A DNA stretch of 64,000 bases from SAR202 cluster bacterium (GCA_009392815.1 VFFS01000055.1:66-64065), one strand, 5' to 3'. Positions 1-9,562 are shown, counted from the stretch's first letter. Program-made: numbers and translations. Notes: a model not told the origin generated them from the sequence alone.

Positions 1-1
1 T

Positions 2-382
2 ATATCAGGGGGAGAACTGCAGAGAGGTATGTTAGCTCTGGCTTTAGCGCAGGATTCTCCCGTCATGCTGCTTGACGAGCCTACGTCTAATCTAGACCTG
101 TCACATCAATCCAAGGTGATGAATCTCGTATCTAATTCCCACGATAATAGACAAGGTCCAACTGTTATAGGAATTCACGATCTCACATTGGCTGCAAGAT
201 ATAGTAGCAGGATGATCTTGATATCAGAAGGAAATGTACTTGTAGATGGAACACCAAAGGAAGTTCTGACCCCGTCCAACATCCTACAAGCCTACGGCGC
301 TGAGGTAGCCGTTATCCCTCATCCCGAGGGTGGTTCTCCAGTAGTACTACCCGTTTCAAATGCATACCCTAAAGCAAAATAA
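2..382 (+). CDS. ABC transporter ATP-binding protein, iron-siderophore/cobalamin type (5' truncated by window)
   Basis: Frame open from position 2: ISGGELQR signature, MLLDEPTSNLD Walker B/D-loop, IHDLTLAARY H-loop, FepC/BtuD-like tail. Confidence 0.9.
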   Translation: MSGGELQRGMLALALAQDSPVMLLDEPTSNLDLSHQSKVMNLVSNSHDNRQGPTVIGIHDLTLAARYSSRMILISEGNVLVDGTPKEVLTPSNILQAYGAEVAVIPHPEGGSPVVLPVSNAYPKAK

Positions 383-394
383 AAATACCGAAAA

Positions 395-907
395 TCATTC
401 CAGATTACCATCAGATTTATACCGCTTAGCGTTTTCAGAATAGACCCCTACAAGCCATTTCTGCAAGTCTAGATGTTTCTGCTGGACCTCCCCCCGAATC
501 CTACCTGGAATCCCCATTACGATAGAGCCGGAAGCAATTTCCATGTTCTCAACGATCATGGCACCTGATCCAATAATCGTATTTTTACCAATTTTCACTC
601 CGTCGTTGATGATGGATCCATTACCAAGCAGACAACCGTCACCTACTTCCGATGCATGGCACAAAACTCTGTGGGCAATCACTACACTATCCCCAATGAC
701 AACGTCCGCATCGCCATGAACAATGGAATTATCTTGAATATTAGTGTACTTACCAATGATGACTGTCCCCATATCTCCTCGAACTACCGCACCAGGCCAT
801 ACACTTGACCCCTCTCCTATCTCAACATTACCTACCACATAGGCTGCTTCACTGACAAAAGCAGTAGGATGAATTTTTGGAGTATTATTTCCCAGTGATT
901 TAATCAA
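395..907 (-). CDS. Gamma carbonic anhydrase family (hexapeptide repeat) protein
   Basis: PKIHPTAFV...VVGNVEIG...VWPGAVVRGD...NIQDNSIVH...H...H motifs; probable TTG start at 907 behind AGGAGG (ORF track start 931). Confidence 0.9.
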   Translation of the reverse strand: MIKSLGNNTPKIHPTAFVSEAAYVVGNVEIGEGSSVWPGAVVRGDMGTVIIGKYTNIQDNSIVHGDADVVIGDSVVIAHRVLCHASEVGDGCLLGNGSIINDGVKIGKNTIIGSGAMIVENMEIASGSIVMGIPGRIRGEVQQKHLDLQKWLVGVYSENAKRYKSDGNLE

Positions 908-1066
908 ATATACCTCCTGTGACACAGTCAACTAATAACCAGCATTATTTAAACACTTAGCTCATTTTCAAGAATACAGCACGTTCTTCTAACACAACTT
1001 CTATAATAGAGTCCAAGTCAATTAACAAATGCAACACCTATTTTAATCCAACGGAGTCCCTAAACT

Positions 1067-1633
1067 TTGACAATTAATAATAACCTTAAATGTATAGTTA
1101 TTACTTTTTTCATACTACTAACTCTGTCAGGATGTAAACAGACAACATCCGAACTCGTCAGGGAATTATCTACACCATACCCGACATCGACACCGTACCC
1201 GACATCGACACCATATCCAATACTTAGCACTCCAATTCCTCAAGAATCCCCTACGCCAGAATTAGATGCCTTATTTATATACAACAGAGCCGTTCATTCT
1301 CTAAGAATGGAAGAATACGATGATGCAATCAATGGCTTTTCGCAGGTAATCAAACGTATGCCGAACTTATCTATAGGATATAAGGGCAGAGGAGGTGCAT
1401 ACTACTATTCAGAAAGAGTAGATTTTGCAACTGAAGATCTCGAATACGCTGTATCCCTAGATCCAAATCTCGGGGGATCATACCTCTATCTTGGCATGAT
1501 ATACCGGGATCAGGGAGACCTAAGCAAAGCTGAGGAATATATGACCAGAGCCCTCGAACTAATACACCCAATCCGAGAGAGATGGGAACTGGAGGTGGCA
1601 GTCAAAGCCTTGACAGATTTGAATGAAAAATAA
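1067..1633 (+). CDS. TPR-repeat lipoprotein with P/T-rich linker
   Basis: Lipobox LSGC, TPYPTS repeats, about three TPR helical pairs (YNRA...AINGFSQVI; YKGRGGAYY; YLYLGMIY...A..Y..RALEL). Confidence 0.8.
   Translation: MTINNNLKCIVITFFILLTLSGCKQTTSELVRELSTPYPTSTPYPTSTPYPILSTPIPQESPTPELDALFIYNRAVHSLRMEEYDDAINGFSQVIKRMPNLSIGYKGRGGAYYYSERVDFATEDLEYAVSLDPNLGGSYLYLGMIYRDQGDLSKAEEYMTRALELIHPIRERWELEVAVKALTDLNEK
1172..1219 (+). repeat. 18-bp coding tandem repeat (about 2.7 copies, TPYPTS)
   Basis: acaccatacccgacatcg / acaccgtacccgacatcg / acaccatatcca. Confidence 0.85.
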
Positions 1634-1644
1634 ATGAATAACGC

Positions 1645-2079
1645 CTAGAGGAGAGTACAGATAGGATCACCCTGAGAAATTTGGTCTCCTGAGTCAACCA
1701 GCACACTCATTACCTCACCGGACATATCAGCAATAATAGTCTGCTGCATCTTCATAGCCTCCAAAATACAAACGGGATCACCCATTTCGATTAAATCCCC
1801 AACTTTGACTGATATTGATACTATGGAACCGGGCATGGGTGAATTGAAGAATTTATGATCCCCACTCTCAGTCTCCTTAATAGAGACAATATCATCGCCA
1901 TTAATTGGATATATCTCAGGTTGAGGATCTGGTACCTGTTCAGGGGCCACAACTCCGTCTGTAAGGGATACTTCGTACACCTCACCCTCAACCCAAACCT
2001 TCACAGGATAAGAAGTGATATCTTCCACCTCTACTCGGTACCATTTGGTTCCCACACGAATTTGTAATTTACTACTCAT
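1645..2079 (-). CDS. Biotin carboxyl carrier protein (biotinyl domain)
   Basis: SPMPGSIV...ILEAMKMQ biotinylation motif; adjacent to the decarboxylase beta subunit. Confidence 0.92.
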   Translation of the reverse strand: MSSKLQIRVGTKWYRVEVEDITSYPVKVWVEGEVYEVSLTDGVVAPEQVPDPQPEIYPINGDDIVSIKETESGDHKFFNSPMPGSIVSISVKVGDLIEMGDPVCILEAMKMQQTIIADMSGEVMSVLVDSGDQISQGDPICTLL

Positions 2080-2080
2080 G

Positions 2081-3238
2081 TCAATTAACCAAGGAAATGA
2101 ATACGCCAGCTATGACGGCCGACCCAATAACTCCAGCAACATTGGGCCCCATAGCATGAGGTAGCAGAAAAGAATCAGAATTTTCCTCTTGGCCTATTTG
2201 GTGGGAAATTCGAGCTGCCATAGGCACAGCAGAAACACCAGCAGACCCAATGAGTGGATTTATTTTTTCCTTTAGGAAAATATTCATTACACGGGCAAAT
2301 AAAATACCCCCTATAGTTCCACAGCAAAAAGCTAAAAGACCTAGTACCAAAATAACAATAGTTTGTAAATCAAACACTCTCTCAGCAGTTAGTTGGGTAC
2401 CGACGGTAATCATGAGAAATATGGTAGCTATATTCAACACCTCATTTGACGCCGCTTTCGTGAGCCTCGGGACAACCTCACTTTCCTTAAAAATATTTCC
2501 AATCATGAACATAGCAATCAATGGAGCGGATTTTGGTACCAGCAATACTATAGCTATAAGCGCGATATGTGGGAAAACAAGTTTCTCAAACTTCGAAACA
2601 TCCCTTGGAGGAGCCATCACTATTTGGCGTTCTTTTTCTGTTGTGAATAGTTTCATCAGCGGTGGTTGTATAAATGCGACCGATGCCATATACGAGTAGG
2701 CAATTACAGCCGTCACTCCGAGAATTTCAGGAGCTAACCGAGCGGATAGAAAAATTGTCGTAGGCCCATCCGCGCCACCTATAATACCTATGGAAGCCGC
2801 TTCTTCTATCCCAAATCCCATACCTAATGCTCCAGCAAAAAGTGCTCCCCAAAAAGCAATAAATATACCCACTTGAGCCGCAGCTCCTAAAAGCAAGGTC
2901 TTTGGATTAGCAATAACCGGACCAAAATCCGTTAGAGCTCCTATCCCCAAGAAAATTATTGGAGGCAATATATTCCAAAAGGAAAGACCATAATGAAAAA
3001 ATATCCCAAATATCCCCGCTCCTTGAACTTCGTTTGTATCCATAGGAGAATCCACCAACCCAGTAAGAGGTAAATTGGCAGCTATTATTCCCAAACCAAT
3101 TGGCAATAATTCATAAGGTTCCAATTTCTTTCGAATCGCCAGGGCAATGAACGAAATACCTATCAGTATCATAATGGCCTGACGCCAATCTAAATTAGCT
3201 ATTCCAGTATTGGAGAAAAAATCAGAAAATTCTTGCAT
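2081..3238 (-). CDS. oadB: Sodium ion-translocating decarboxylase beta subunit (OadB/GcdB/MmdB family)
   Basis: LGIGALTDFGP, LLLGAAAQVGIF, IGIIGGADGPT, AYSYMA, GVSAVPMAAR, HAMGPNVAGVIGSA motifs. Confidence 0.95.
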   Translation of the reverse strand: MQEFSDFFSNTGIANLDWRQAIMILIGISFIALAIRKKLEPYELLPIGLGIIAANLPLTGLVDSPMDTNEVQGAGIFGIFFHYGLSFWNILPPIIFLGIGALTDFGPVIANPKTLLLGAAAQVGIFIAFWGALFAGALGMGFGIEEAASIGIIGGADGPTTIFLSARLAPEILGVTAVIAYSYMASVAFIQPPLMKLFTTEKERQIVMAPPRDVSKFEKLVFPHIALIAIVLLVPKSAPLIAMFMIGNIFKESEVVPRLTKAASNEVLNIATIFLMITVGTQLTAERVFDLQTIVILVLGLLAFCCGTIGGILFARVMNIFLKEKINPLIGSAGVSAVPMAARISHQIGQEENSDSFLLPHAMGPNVAGVIGSAVIAGVFISLVN

Positions 3239-3256
3239 CTTGCTTCTACAATCTTA

Positions 3257-3514
3257 TCAATCTTTGATGTTTAAACCGCGATCCTTAGTTTTAGCACTGA
3301 TAACAGCTACGGCAGCGGCGGCAGCAACAGACCTATTGTGGGTTTCTAAGATTTTTTCGGCAATATATAATTCATATTTCGAAACTATTTTCTGTTTGAA
3401 CGTTCTGACGGCAATAATAGACCCAATAAGAATCAACAAAAGTGAAAAGGCCGTTACCATACCAATAACGGTCAAATACAGGGCTTGAGTCAGAGTAGAC
3501 GAATCGATTTGAAT
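3257..3514 (-). CDS. OadG-family gamma/delta subunit of Na+ decarboxylase
   Basis: ALYLTVIGMVTAFSLLLIL single TM helix and AAAAAVAVI motif; frame stays open upstream of the TTG at 3475, so the start is uncertain (ATT near 3514?). Confidence 0.7.
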   Translation of the reverse strand: MQIDSSTLTQALYLTVIGMVTAFSLLLILIGSIIAVRTFKQKIVSKYELYIAEKILETHNRSVAAAAAVAVISAKTKDRGLNIKD

Positions 3515-3537
3515 AATATTACCTACGGTGGGATTAT

Positions 3538-3560
3538 ATAGTGTGAAAAGTTTACACTAT
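3538..3560. promoter_or_regulatory. Palindromic candidate operator between the divergent oad cluster and Yip1 gene
   Basis: atagtgtgaa-aag-tttacactat, 9/10 inverted repeat. Confidence 0.4.
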
Positions 3561-3594
3561 TAGTGTTTATATCTCTTACATCAAATCGATTATC

Positions 3595-4206
3595 ATGACA
3601 AAAAGTACAACCCCCCCACCTAAGAAAAAAGAATCTTACGATGACAACTCTCCTAAAAGGGGGAATCCTTCACTGGTGGAATATGGGTTCAGAGCAGCCA
3701 CATTGGACCCGTCAGTATCCATTGTATTTCGGTCTAAAGCAGAGTTAGTTCTTCATTCTCTTGGAGCTGTGGCTGCAACAGGGTTATCACTAGCGATTTG
3801 GGTTCAATATTCGGGAAATAATCCAATTCCGACAGAAGGAATACAAAGCATATATCCAGTCCTAGTATCATTTAGCACTGTGATGGTAGGTTGGATGATG
3901 TGGGCGTTTGTCGCGAAAGCTATTTGCAACATGATGGGAAGTGAAATTGACTTCAGGGCAAGTATGCGATCAATTGGAATCGCTTATAGTCCTGGAATTT
4001 TTCTCGTATTTGCGAGCATTCCATTAATCGGATCTTATTTATTTCTTATCATTTCAATCTGGCTGATGGTAACAGTAACAAGAGCAATCGGATCGGCAAA
4101 TAACGTTGGCTTCCTGAAAGCCCTTATTCCAGGCTTTCTAGGATGGCTCATGTCTTGGATACTTCTCATGGGATGGATGGTTATATATCCATTCGCTCTC
4201 GTGTAA
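3595..4206 (+). CDS. Yip1-family membrane protein
   Basis: About five TM segments; W.....K..G....F....R.IG.AY.P pattern typical of Yip1 domains. Confidence 0.7.
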   Translation: MTKSTTPPPKKKESYDDNSPKRGNPSLVEYGFRAATLDPSVSIVFRSKAELVLHSLGAVAATGLSLAIWVQYSGNNPIPTEGIQSIYPVLVSFSTVMVGWMMWAFVAKAICNMMGSEIDFRASMRSIGIAYSPGIFLVFASIPLIGSYLFLIISIWLMVTVTRAIGSANNVGFLKALIPGFLGWLMSWILLMGWMVIYPFALV

Positions 4207-4210
4207 TGCT

Positions 4211-5008
4211 CTAGTCACAGGAAATATATTTTTCCACTATATCCCAGCGCTTAGATAGTATTTTTTTTGTGTTAGCAAACACTTTCTCTTCAACTTCATT
4301 CACAGATTTTCCCTGCAATTCGGCAATTTTTTCGATAATGGGCCTCAAATGCCTTGGTTCCGTCCAATTATTACGGTTATTTTTAAAAGGCTGAGGAGAA
4401 GAATCCGTTTCTACGACGATGTGATCGAGGGAAATTTGGCTAACCACATCGGCCAGATGACCAAGTCGGAAGATAGGTCGAGCTATTGAAACATAAAATC
4501 CTAGGTCAATAACCCTCTTTGCATCATCTAGGGTTCCTTGAAAATAATGCATCACACCTGGTACTTCATATGCTTTCTCTTCTAAAAGAACTCGAAAACA
4601 ATCTTCGTGAGCCTCCCGACTATGAAATACAATTGGGAGACTTAGCTCCTTAGCGATGGAAATTTGTCTCCTAAAAGCATCAAACTGCAAAGCTCGATCT
4701 GGAGACGATTCTAGATAATCTAATCCTATTTCGCTCATTACGATCACTTTTTCGTTGCTGGAAGCCATAGACTGAAGTACATCACAATCTGCAGAGCTCA
4801 GTGGATCTTCTATATCCATTGGATGCACCCCGACTCCTGAAAAAAAACGATCATGGCGAGACGATAGTTCTACAGAAACTGAAGAGGTCTCGAGGGTTGT
4901 TCCGGCATCAATTACCAAGCCTACACCCACAGAACTGGCTCTTTGTAGGATCTCATCGATTTCATCTTCCGGATAGGAATGAATATGGACGTGAGTATCT
5001 ATAATCAA
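4211..5008 (-). CDS. tatD: TatD-family hydrolase
   Basis: IIDTHVH, GVGVHP, EIGLDY, VFHSR, VMHYF, VETD motifs. Confidence 0.92.
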   Translation of the reverse strand: MIIDTHVHIHSYPEDEIDEILQRASSVGVGLVIDAGTTLETSSVSVELSSRHDRFFSGVGVHPMDIEDPLSSADCDVLQSMASSNEKVIVMSEIGLDYLESSPDRALQFDAFRRQISIAKELSLPIVFHSREAHEDCFRVLLEEKAYEVPGVMHYFQGTLDDAKRVIDLGFYVSIARPIFRLGHLADVVSQISLDHIVVETDSSPQPFKNNRNNWTEPRHLRPIIEKIAELQGKSVNEVEEKVFANTKKILSKRWDIVEKYISCD

Positions 5009-5119
5009 TTTATTCTTATTCTTTCAAATTACTTTTTTACGGTGTTACAGGCCATGTTGCAGATTATACTTAACTCTAAGAACAGCTTTATATGAATACG
5101 CGGATTCTAGGTTAATACA

Positions 5120-6871
5120 TTGCTTATTCAATCACACAAATGGAGATGGTTTTTCTATATTTCGCTTGTTGCAATATTTTCAGCCGTCTCATGTAACAAC
5201 TCACAGGAGCAGCAATTTTCCATTCAAACTCCCACACCGGTAATTTTTTCAGATAATGAAACATTAAATGAACCAACCGCCCCCAAATCAACAGAGCCAC
5301 CGACACAACCGCACATGGAAGTATCAAAGCCCATTTTACCAACGAATGTCCCGACGGAAATAGCAGCTGTAAACACCAATATTCCCACTCCTCACATAAC
5401 ATCGATAGGAAATTATGGTGGGACTTTAACTATTCCCACGGAGGCTTGGTTTGAGAGTTTAAATCCCCACATGGAAGGATCCGATGCCTTTGCCGCGTGG
5501 GGGCCAGGGATTGCCTACAGTAGGCTTATGAAATTTAAAACAAATGAATCTATATCACTACCATCTCTCTCGACAGAATGCGATTTATGTTCTAACTGGA
5601 TAATGGTGTCACCCAAAGAGTTTCTATTTGAAATTCGAAAAGACATCAACTGGCATTACGACAATGTCCAAAAGTCCGAACGGGTAACCGCAAAAGACAT
5701 TGCATACAGTTTGCAATTGCAAGGTCATGACTCTTCTCCTAACTCACACATCATCCATATGATAGAGAACGTTGAAGCCATGTCTGACGATGAACTTCGC
5801 ATCAATCTAGTATGGCCAGACGCGGATTTCTTTGCCGCATTAGCGAATGGTAGAACGAAAATAGTCTCTCCACACAGAACCGACTCATATCAGGCCGATC
5901 AATCATATTTTAAGAGCGCTACTTCAGGCTCCTGGACTCTCGACAAATATGACGAGAACGGAATAGCTAAAATGATCTCAAGAATGGGAATAACAGATCC
6001 CCCTCGCCTGGATGCTATTCAATTTAATTTTGTCCCAGATTCCACTGCACGTGTAGCTGGGTATAGAGTAGGACTGCTTGATCTAATTAATCTTCATACC
6101 ACGAACACTGATTCAAAACATATACAAGCGCGTTTTCAAAATCCAGTTCCTGGGTCTGGATTTGAGTTAGCTTTCAATACAAATCATAAACCACTAGATT
6201 CAAAAGTTGTACGACAGACAATTATGGCCTCAACAAACCCAACCTTAGTCATAGACAACGCCTGGGAAGGACAGGGGTTTTTCTCATTTGGTTTCCCCTG
6301 GTCAAACTCAAAATGGGCTCCAAGCCCCAACTTATTACAAACATTTTTCTCTAATACTAACCCCAAGATTGCAACAAATGAAAATCAAATTTTACGTATT
6401 GATATAACGGTAGGTAATTTCAACAAAAACCACAATGATTCTGTGGAATTACTATCCAAACAGCTAACAGAATCGGGGTTCAATCCCGTAATCAATTATG
6501 TTGACCGAAGAACCTATGCCAATCACTGGCAAACAGGCGATTTCCAAATATTGGCAGGCCCTACTTTCCCACAATCCACTCCCAACGGATACTTACTGCC
6601 AGTGCTACATAGTGATGGGAAATGGAACACTACTAAACACAAAGACAACACATTGGACTCCCTGCTGGAGAAACAAGCAATTGAATACGACTCAGATGCC
6701 AGAACAACCATCATTCAAATGATAAATGTGCATCTACTAGAAAATGCTTATAGATTCATGCCAATTACCAATATGGAAGCATGGGCTTGGCCAAACAAGA
6801 TGATAAATTTTCACCCAAACTTTTCATCTGGCGAATACTCTCACTGGCAACATGTTTGGATTGAACCCTAA
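5120..6871 (+). CDS. ABC transporter substrate-binding lipoprotein, family 5 (orphan)
   Basis: Lipobox AVSC, P/T linker, YGGTL, VTAKDIAYS, FN....PL.S..VRQ, LDSLLEKQ. Confidence 0.85.
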   Translation: MLIQSHKWRWFFYISLVAIFSAVSCNNSQEQQFSIQTPTPVIFSDNETLNEPTAPKSTEPPTQPHMEVSKPILPTNVPTEIAAVNTNIPTPHITSIGNYGGTLTIPTEAWFESLNPHMEGSDAFAAWGPGIAYSRLMKFKTNESISLPSLSTECDLCSNWIMVSPKEFLFEIRKDINWHYDNVQKSERVTAKDIAYSLQLQGHDSSPNSHIIHMIENVEAMSDDELRINLVWPDADFFAALANGRTKIVSPHRTDSYQADQSYFKSATSGSWTLDKYDENGIAKMISRMGITDPPRLDAIQFNFVPDSTARVAGYRVGLLDLINLHTTNTDSKHIQARFQNPVPGSGFELAFNTNHKPLDSKVVRQTIMASTNPTLVIDNAWEGQGFFSFGFPWSNSKWAPSPNLLQTFFSNTNPKIATNENQILRIDITVGNFNKNHNDSVELLSKQLTESGFNPVINYVDRRTYANHWQTGDFQILAGPTFPQSTPNGYLLPVLHSDGKWNTTKHKDNTLDSLLEKQAIEYDSDARTTIIQMINVHLLENAYRFMPITNMEAWAWPNKMINFHPNFSSGEYSHWQHVWIEP

Positions 6872-7329
6872 GCTAAGTCAGAAATACCCTTGTCGAGTGC
6901 TGTCCAGGCTAAAAGAGCACATTTAACCCTTACGGGAAACTCCCTCACCTTATACAAAGCTGACAATTCACCAAGATTTATAGCCTCCTTGTCTGCTGCA
7001 ACAACGTCTTCTGGTAAAGAGGCCCTCATTAGGTTCGAAAAATTTTTTGAAAGCTCAACCACCTCATTCAATGTAAGACCGATAAGGGAATCGGAAACAA
7101 TGGAACCGGCTGCCTGATTTATTGCACAACCTTCACCTTGAAACCCAACTTCTTTGATCCTACTTTTATAGTCAAGCTTAAGTTGAAACCGAATTTCATC
7201 GCCGCAAAATGGATTTACAGCCTCACAACATATATCAGGTGAATTTGGTACAACTGAGTTCCTAGGGTGACGGCAGTGATCCAAAATCACCTTGTCCCTA
7301 TATAAGTCATTAAGACTACCTAACGCCAT
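6868..7329 (-). CDS. sufU: SUF system NifU-like sulfur-transfer protein SufU (copy 2)
   Basis: LYRDKVILDH..HPRN, NPFCGD, GEGCAI, RVKCALLAW. Confidence 0.9.
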   Translation of the reverse strand: MALGSLNDLYRDKVILDHCRHPRNSVVPNSPDICCEAVNPFCGDEIRFQLKLDYKSRIKEVGFQGEGCAINQAAGSIVSDSLIGLTLNEVVELSKNFSNLMRASLPEDVVAADKEAINLGELSALYKVREFPVRVKCALLAWTALDKGISDLA

Positions 7330-8569
7330 CCCGGAAATACCTCATTGCCTCAAGAATTCCCTCAACCAATATATCAACTTCCTGTTTTGTGTTGTACACA
7401 TAAAAGCTGGCCCTAGAAGTTGCTGATACTCCCAAACTTCTGACCAATGGCATCGCACAGTGATGCCCAGTGCGAACGGCGATACCCATCTGATCTAACA
7501 ATGTGCCCAAGTCGTGAGGATGAATGTCTGGGGTATCAAAGGAAATTATTCCACCTCTTTGAGTTGGATTTCTAGGGCCGAACAGTTTCCCCCCCTCCTC
7601 TTCTACGTCAACAAATTTATTCATTGCATAGCTTGTTAGTTCCCGCTCATATTCATCTACATTTTCCATGCCTATATTTTCTAAGTAATCTACAGCAGCT
7701 CCTAAAGCAATAGCATCTCCTATATTCGGAGTACCAGCCTCAAACTTCATGGGTAAATCAGCCCATGAAGCTTCCTCATATGAAACCTCCAACACCATTT
7801 CTCCACCCGTCAGAAAAGGCTCCATTCCTTCCAAAAGATTCTTTTTTGCGTAAAGACACCCAATACCCGTAGGTCCCATCATTTTATGGCCTGAAAACGC
7901 CATGAAATCACAATCTATTTCTTTAACATCTATCACCATATGTGGCACACTTTGTGCCCCGTCAACTAGGAACATAGCTCCTTTGCTATGTGCCAAGTCA
8001 CATAGTTCCTTGACGGGGTTTATAGTACCTAGAGCGTTAGACATATGTACGATAGATACAAGGCTTGTATGGTCATCGATTATTGAATCAATAGTTGATA
8101 AGTCTAGGACACCTTCGTCATCCATGGGAATATATCTAATATTGATGTTCTTATCTCTAGCTAATTCCTGCCACGGAACAAGATTGCTATGATGTTCCAT
8201 AGGGGTTAGAACTATATTATCTCCACTCTCAATATTGTCCTTCGCCCACGAGTGGGCAACCAAATTTAGGCTCTCGGATGCATTGCGAGTCCATATGACA
8301 GTATCGGGATCCCCAGCATTTATGAACTTTGCTACTTTATTTCTAGCAACCTCATACATATCCGTTGCTTCCATACTGAGAGTATGTACACCCCTGTGAA
8401 CATTGGCATTGAAGTTTTCATAGTAGTCAACCAGAGCCTGAATCACTTGCCTAGGCTTCTGTGTTGTTGCGGCATTATCCATATAAACGAGAGGGTGACC
8501 GTTAACTTCTCGACTCAAAATCGGAAAGTCATCCCTTATTTTTTCTACGTCCAACATATTTAAATGCAC
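7316..8569 (-). CDS. sufS: Cysteine desulfurase SufS
   Basis: YMDNAATTQKP, NANVHRG, MEHHSN, FSGHKMMGPTG (PLP Lys), RTGHHCA (group II). Confidence 0.96.
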   Translation of the reverse strand: MHLNMLDVEKIRDDFPILSREVNGHPLVYMDNAATTQKPRQVIQALVDYYENFNANVHRGVHTLSMEATDMYEVARNKVAKFINAGDPDTVIWTRNASESLNLVAHSWAKDNIESGDNIVLTPMEHHSNLVPWQELARDKNINIRYIPMDDEGVLDLSTIDSIIDDHTSLVSIVHMSNALGTINPVKELCDLAHSKGAMFLVDGAQSVPHMVIDVKEIDCDFMAFSGHKMMGPTGIGCLYAKKNLLEGMEPFLTGGEMVLEVSYEEASWADLPMKFEAGTPNIGDAIALGAAVDYLENIGMENVDEYERELTSYAMNKFVDVEEEGGKLFGPRNPTQRGGIISFDTPDIHPHDLGTLLDQMGIAVRTGHHCAMPLVRSLGVSATSRASFYVYNTKQEVDILVEGILEAMRYFRDGVR

Positions 8570-8600
8570 TGACTCCCTATTACTATGAAGCTAATAAAAA

Positions 8601-9059
8601 CTATAGGCTCAGGGTTATCTCATTTTGAAAAGAGCCCAAATCTTTCTTTATTTTCGTTTTTTCTACAAGTTGATCAATCGTAACGGAATCAAGTATCCCA
8701 AAAACCGCATCCTCCACACTCCTCCATACTTCTCTTTGAGCACAATCAGGACAATGGACGCAGAAACCAGTGTTATCTAGGCATTCCACAAGGTTTTCAG
8801 AACTATCGAGACAATCGACAACTGCACTGAGGCGAATTTGATCGGCAGGCATAGCCAAAGAGTGTCCACCTCCTGGACCTCTTGTACTGCTGACCAGCCC
8901 CGATTTCTTCATCGTATGAAGCACTTGAGCCAAATAAGGTTGTGGTATAACCGCCCGCCTAGAAGTATCGGCAGCACGTACAAATTGACCATCTTCTCCA
9001 TACATCGCTATATCAATGAGAGCTCGAACGCCGTAATCTACTTTGATGGGTACGTGCAT
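8601..9059 (-). CDS. Rrf2-family transcriptional regulator (IscR/CymR-like, Cys-rich)
   Basis: DYGVRAL, YLAQVL..MKKSGLVSSTRGPGGG..LA, C-terminal CLDNTGFCVHCPDC. Confidence 0.92.
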   Translation of the reverse strand: MHVPIKVDYGVRALIDIAMYGEDGQFVRAADTSRRAVIPQPYLAQVLHTMKKSGLVSSTRGPGGGHSLAMPADQIRLSAVVDCLDSSENLVECLDNTGFCVHCPDCAQREVWRSVEDAVFGILDSVTIDQLVEKTKIKKDLGSFQNEITLSL

Positions 9060-9107
9060 TGAATACCTCCTTTCATAGCGCTGTCAATGGCTGATTTTAA
9101 ACAATAG

Positions 9108-9560
9108 TTACTCAGTACTGACATCACTCCCACTACCTTGAAGAGCTGCTTGTAGGGTGTGCCAGGACAAAGTCGCACATTTTATTCTCGTGGGATATTG
9201 AGATACTCCTTTGAGTATTTCCAAATCTCCTAGTATCTCGGAGTCTTCCACTTGATCACTAGTTGTCGTAAGCATTCTCCTGAACGCTTGAAAAACTATG
9301 AGTGCTTCCTCAACAGATTTGCCCTTTACTCCCTCAGTCATCATAGAAGCAGAGGATTTCGAAATAGCACATCCAACACCTTCAAAAGAAACATCCTCAA
9401 CAATCTCATCTGAAACCTTCAAAAATACGGTTACCTGATCACCACAAAGTGGATTAAAGCCTTCCGAACTTGAAGTCGAATCGGCAATGGAACCAAAGTT
9501 TCTCGGCCTGCGGTTATGATCCATCACGATTTCTTGATAAAGATCTTGAGCGTCAAACAC
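9108..9560 (-). CDS. sufU: SUF system NifU-like sulfur-transfer protein SufU (copy 1)
   Basis: LYQEIVMDH..RPRNFG, NPLCGD, GVGCAISKSSAS, RIKCATLSW. Confidence 0.93.
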   Translation of the reverse strand: MFDAQDLYQEIVMDHNRRPRNFGSIADSTSSSEGFNPLCGDQVTVFLKVSDEIVEDVSFEGVGCAISKSSASMMTEGVKGKSVEEALIVFQAFRRMLTTTSDQVEDSEILGDLEILKGVSQYPTRIKCATLSWHTLQAALQGSGSDVSTE

Positions 9561-9562
9561 TG

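Noticed and set aside
2250-2699. 149-aa plus-strand ORF and the many similar 60-165 aa overlapping ORFs in the track
   Set aside because: Opposite-strand or off-frame shadows of well-supported genes
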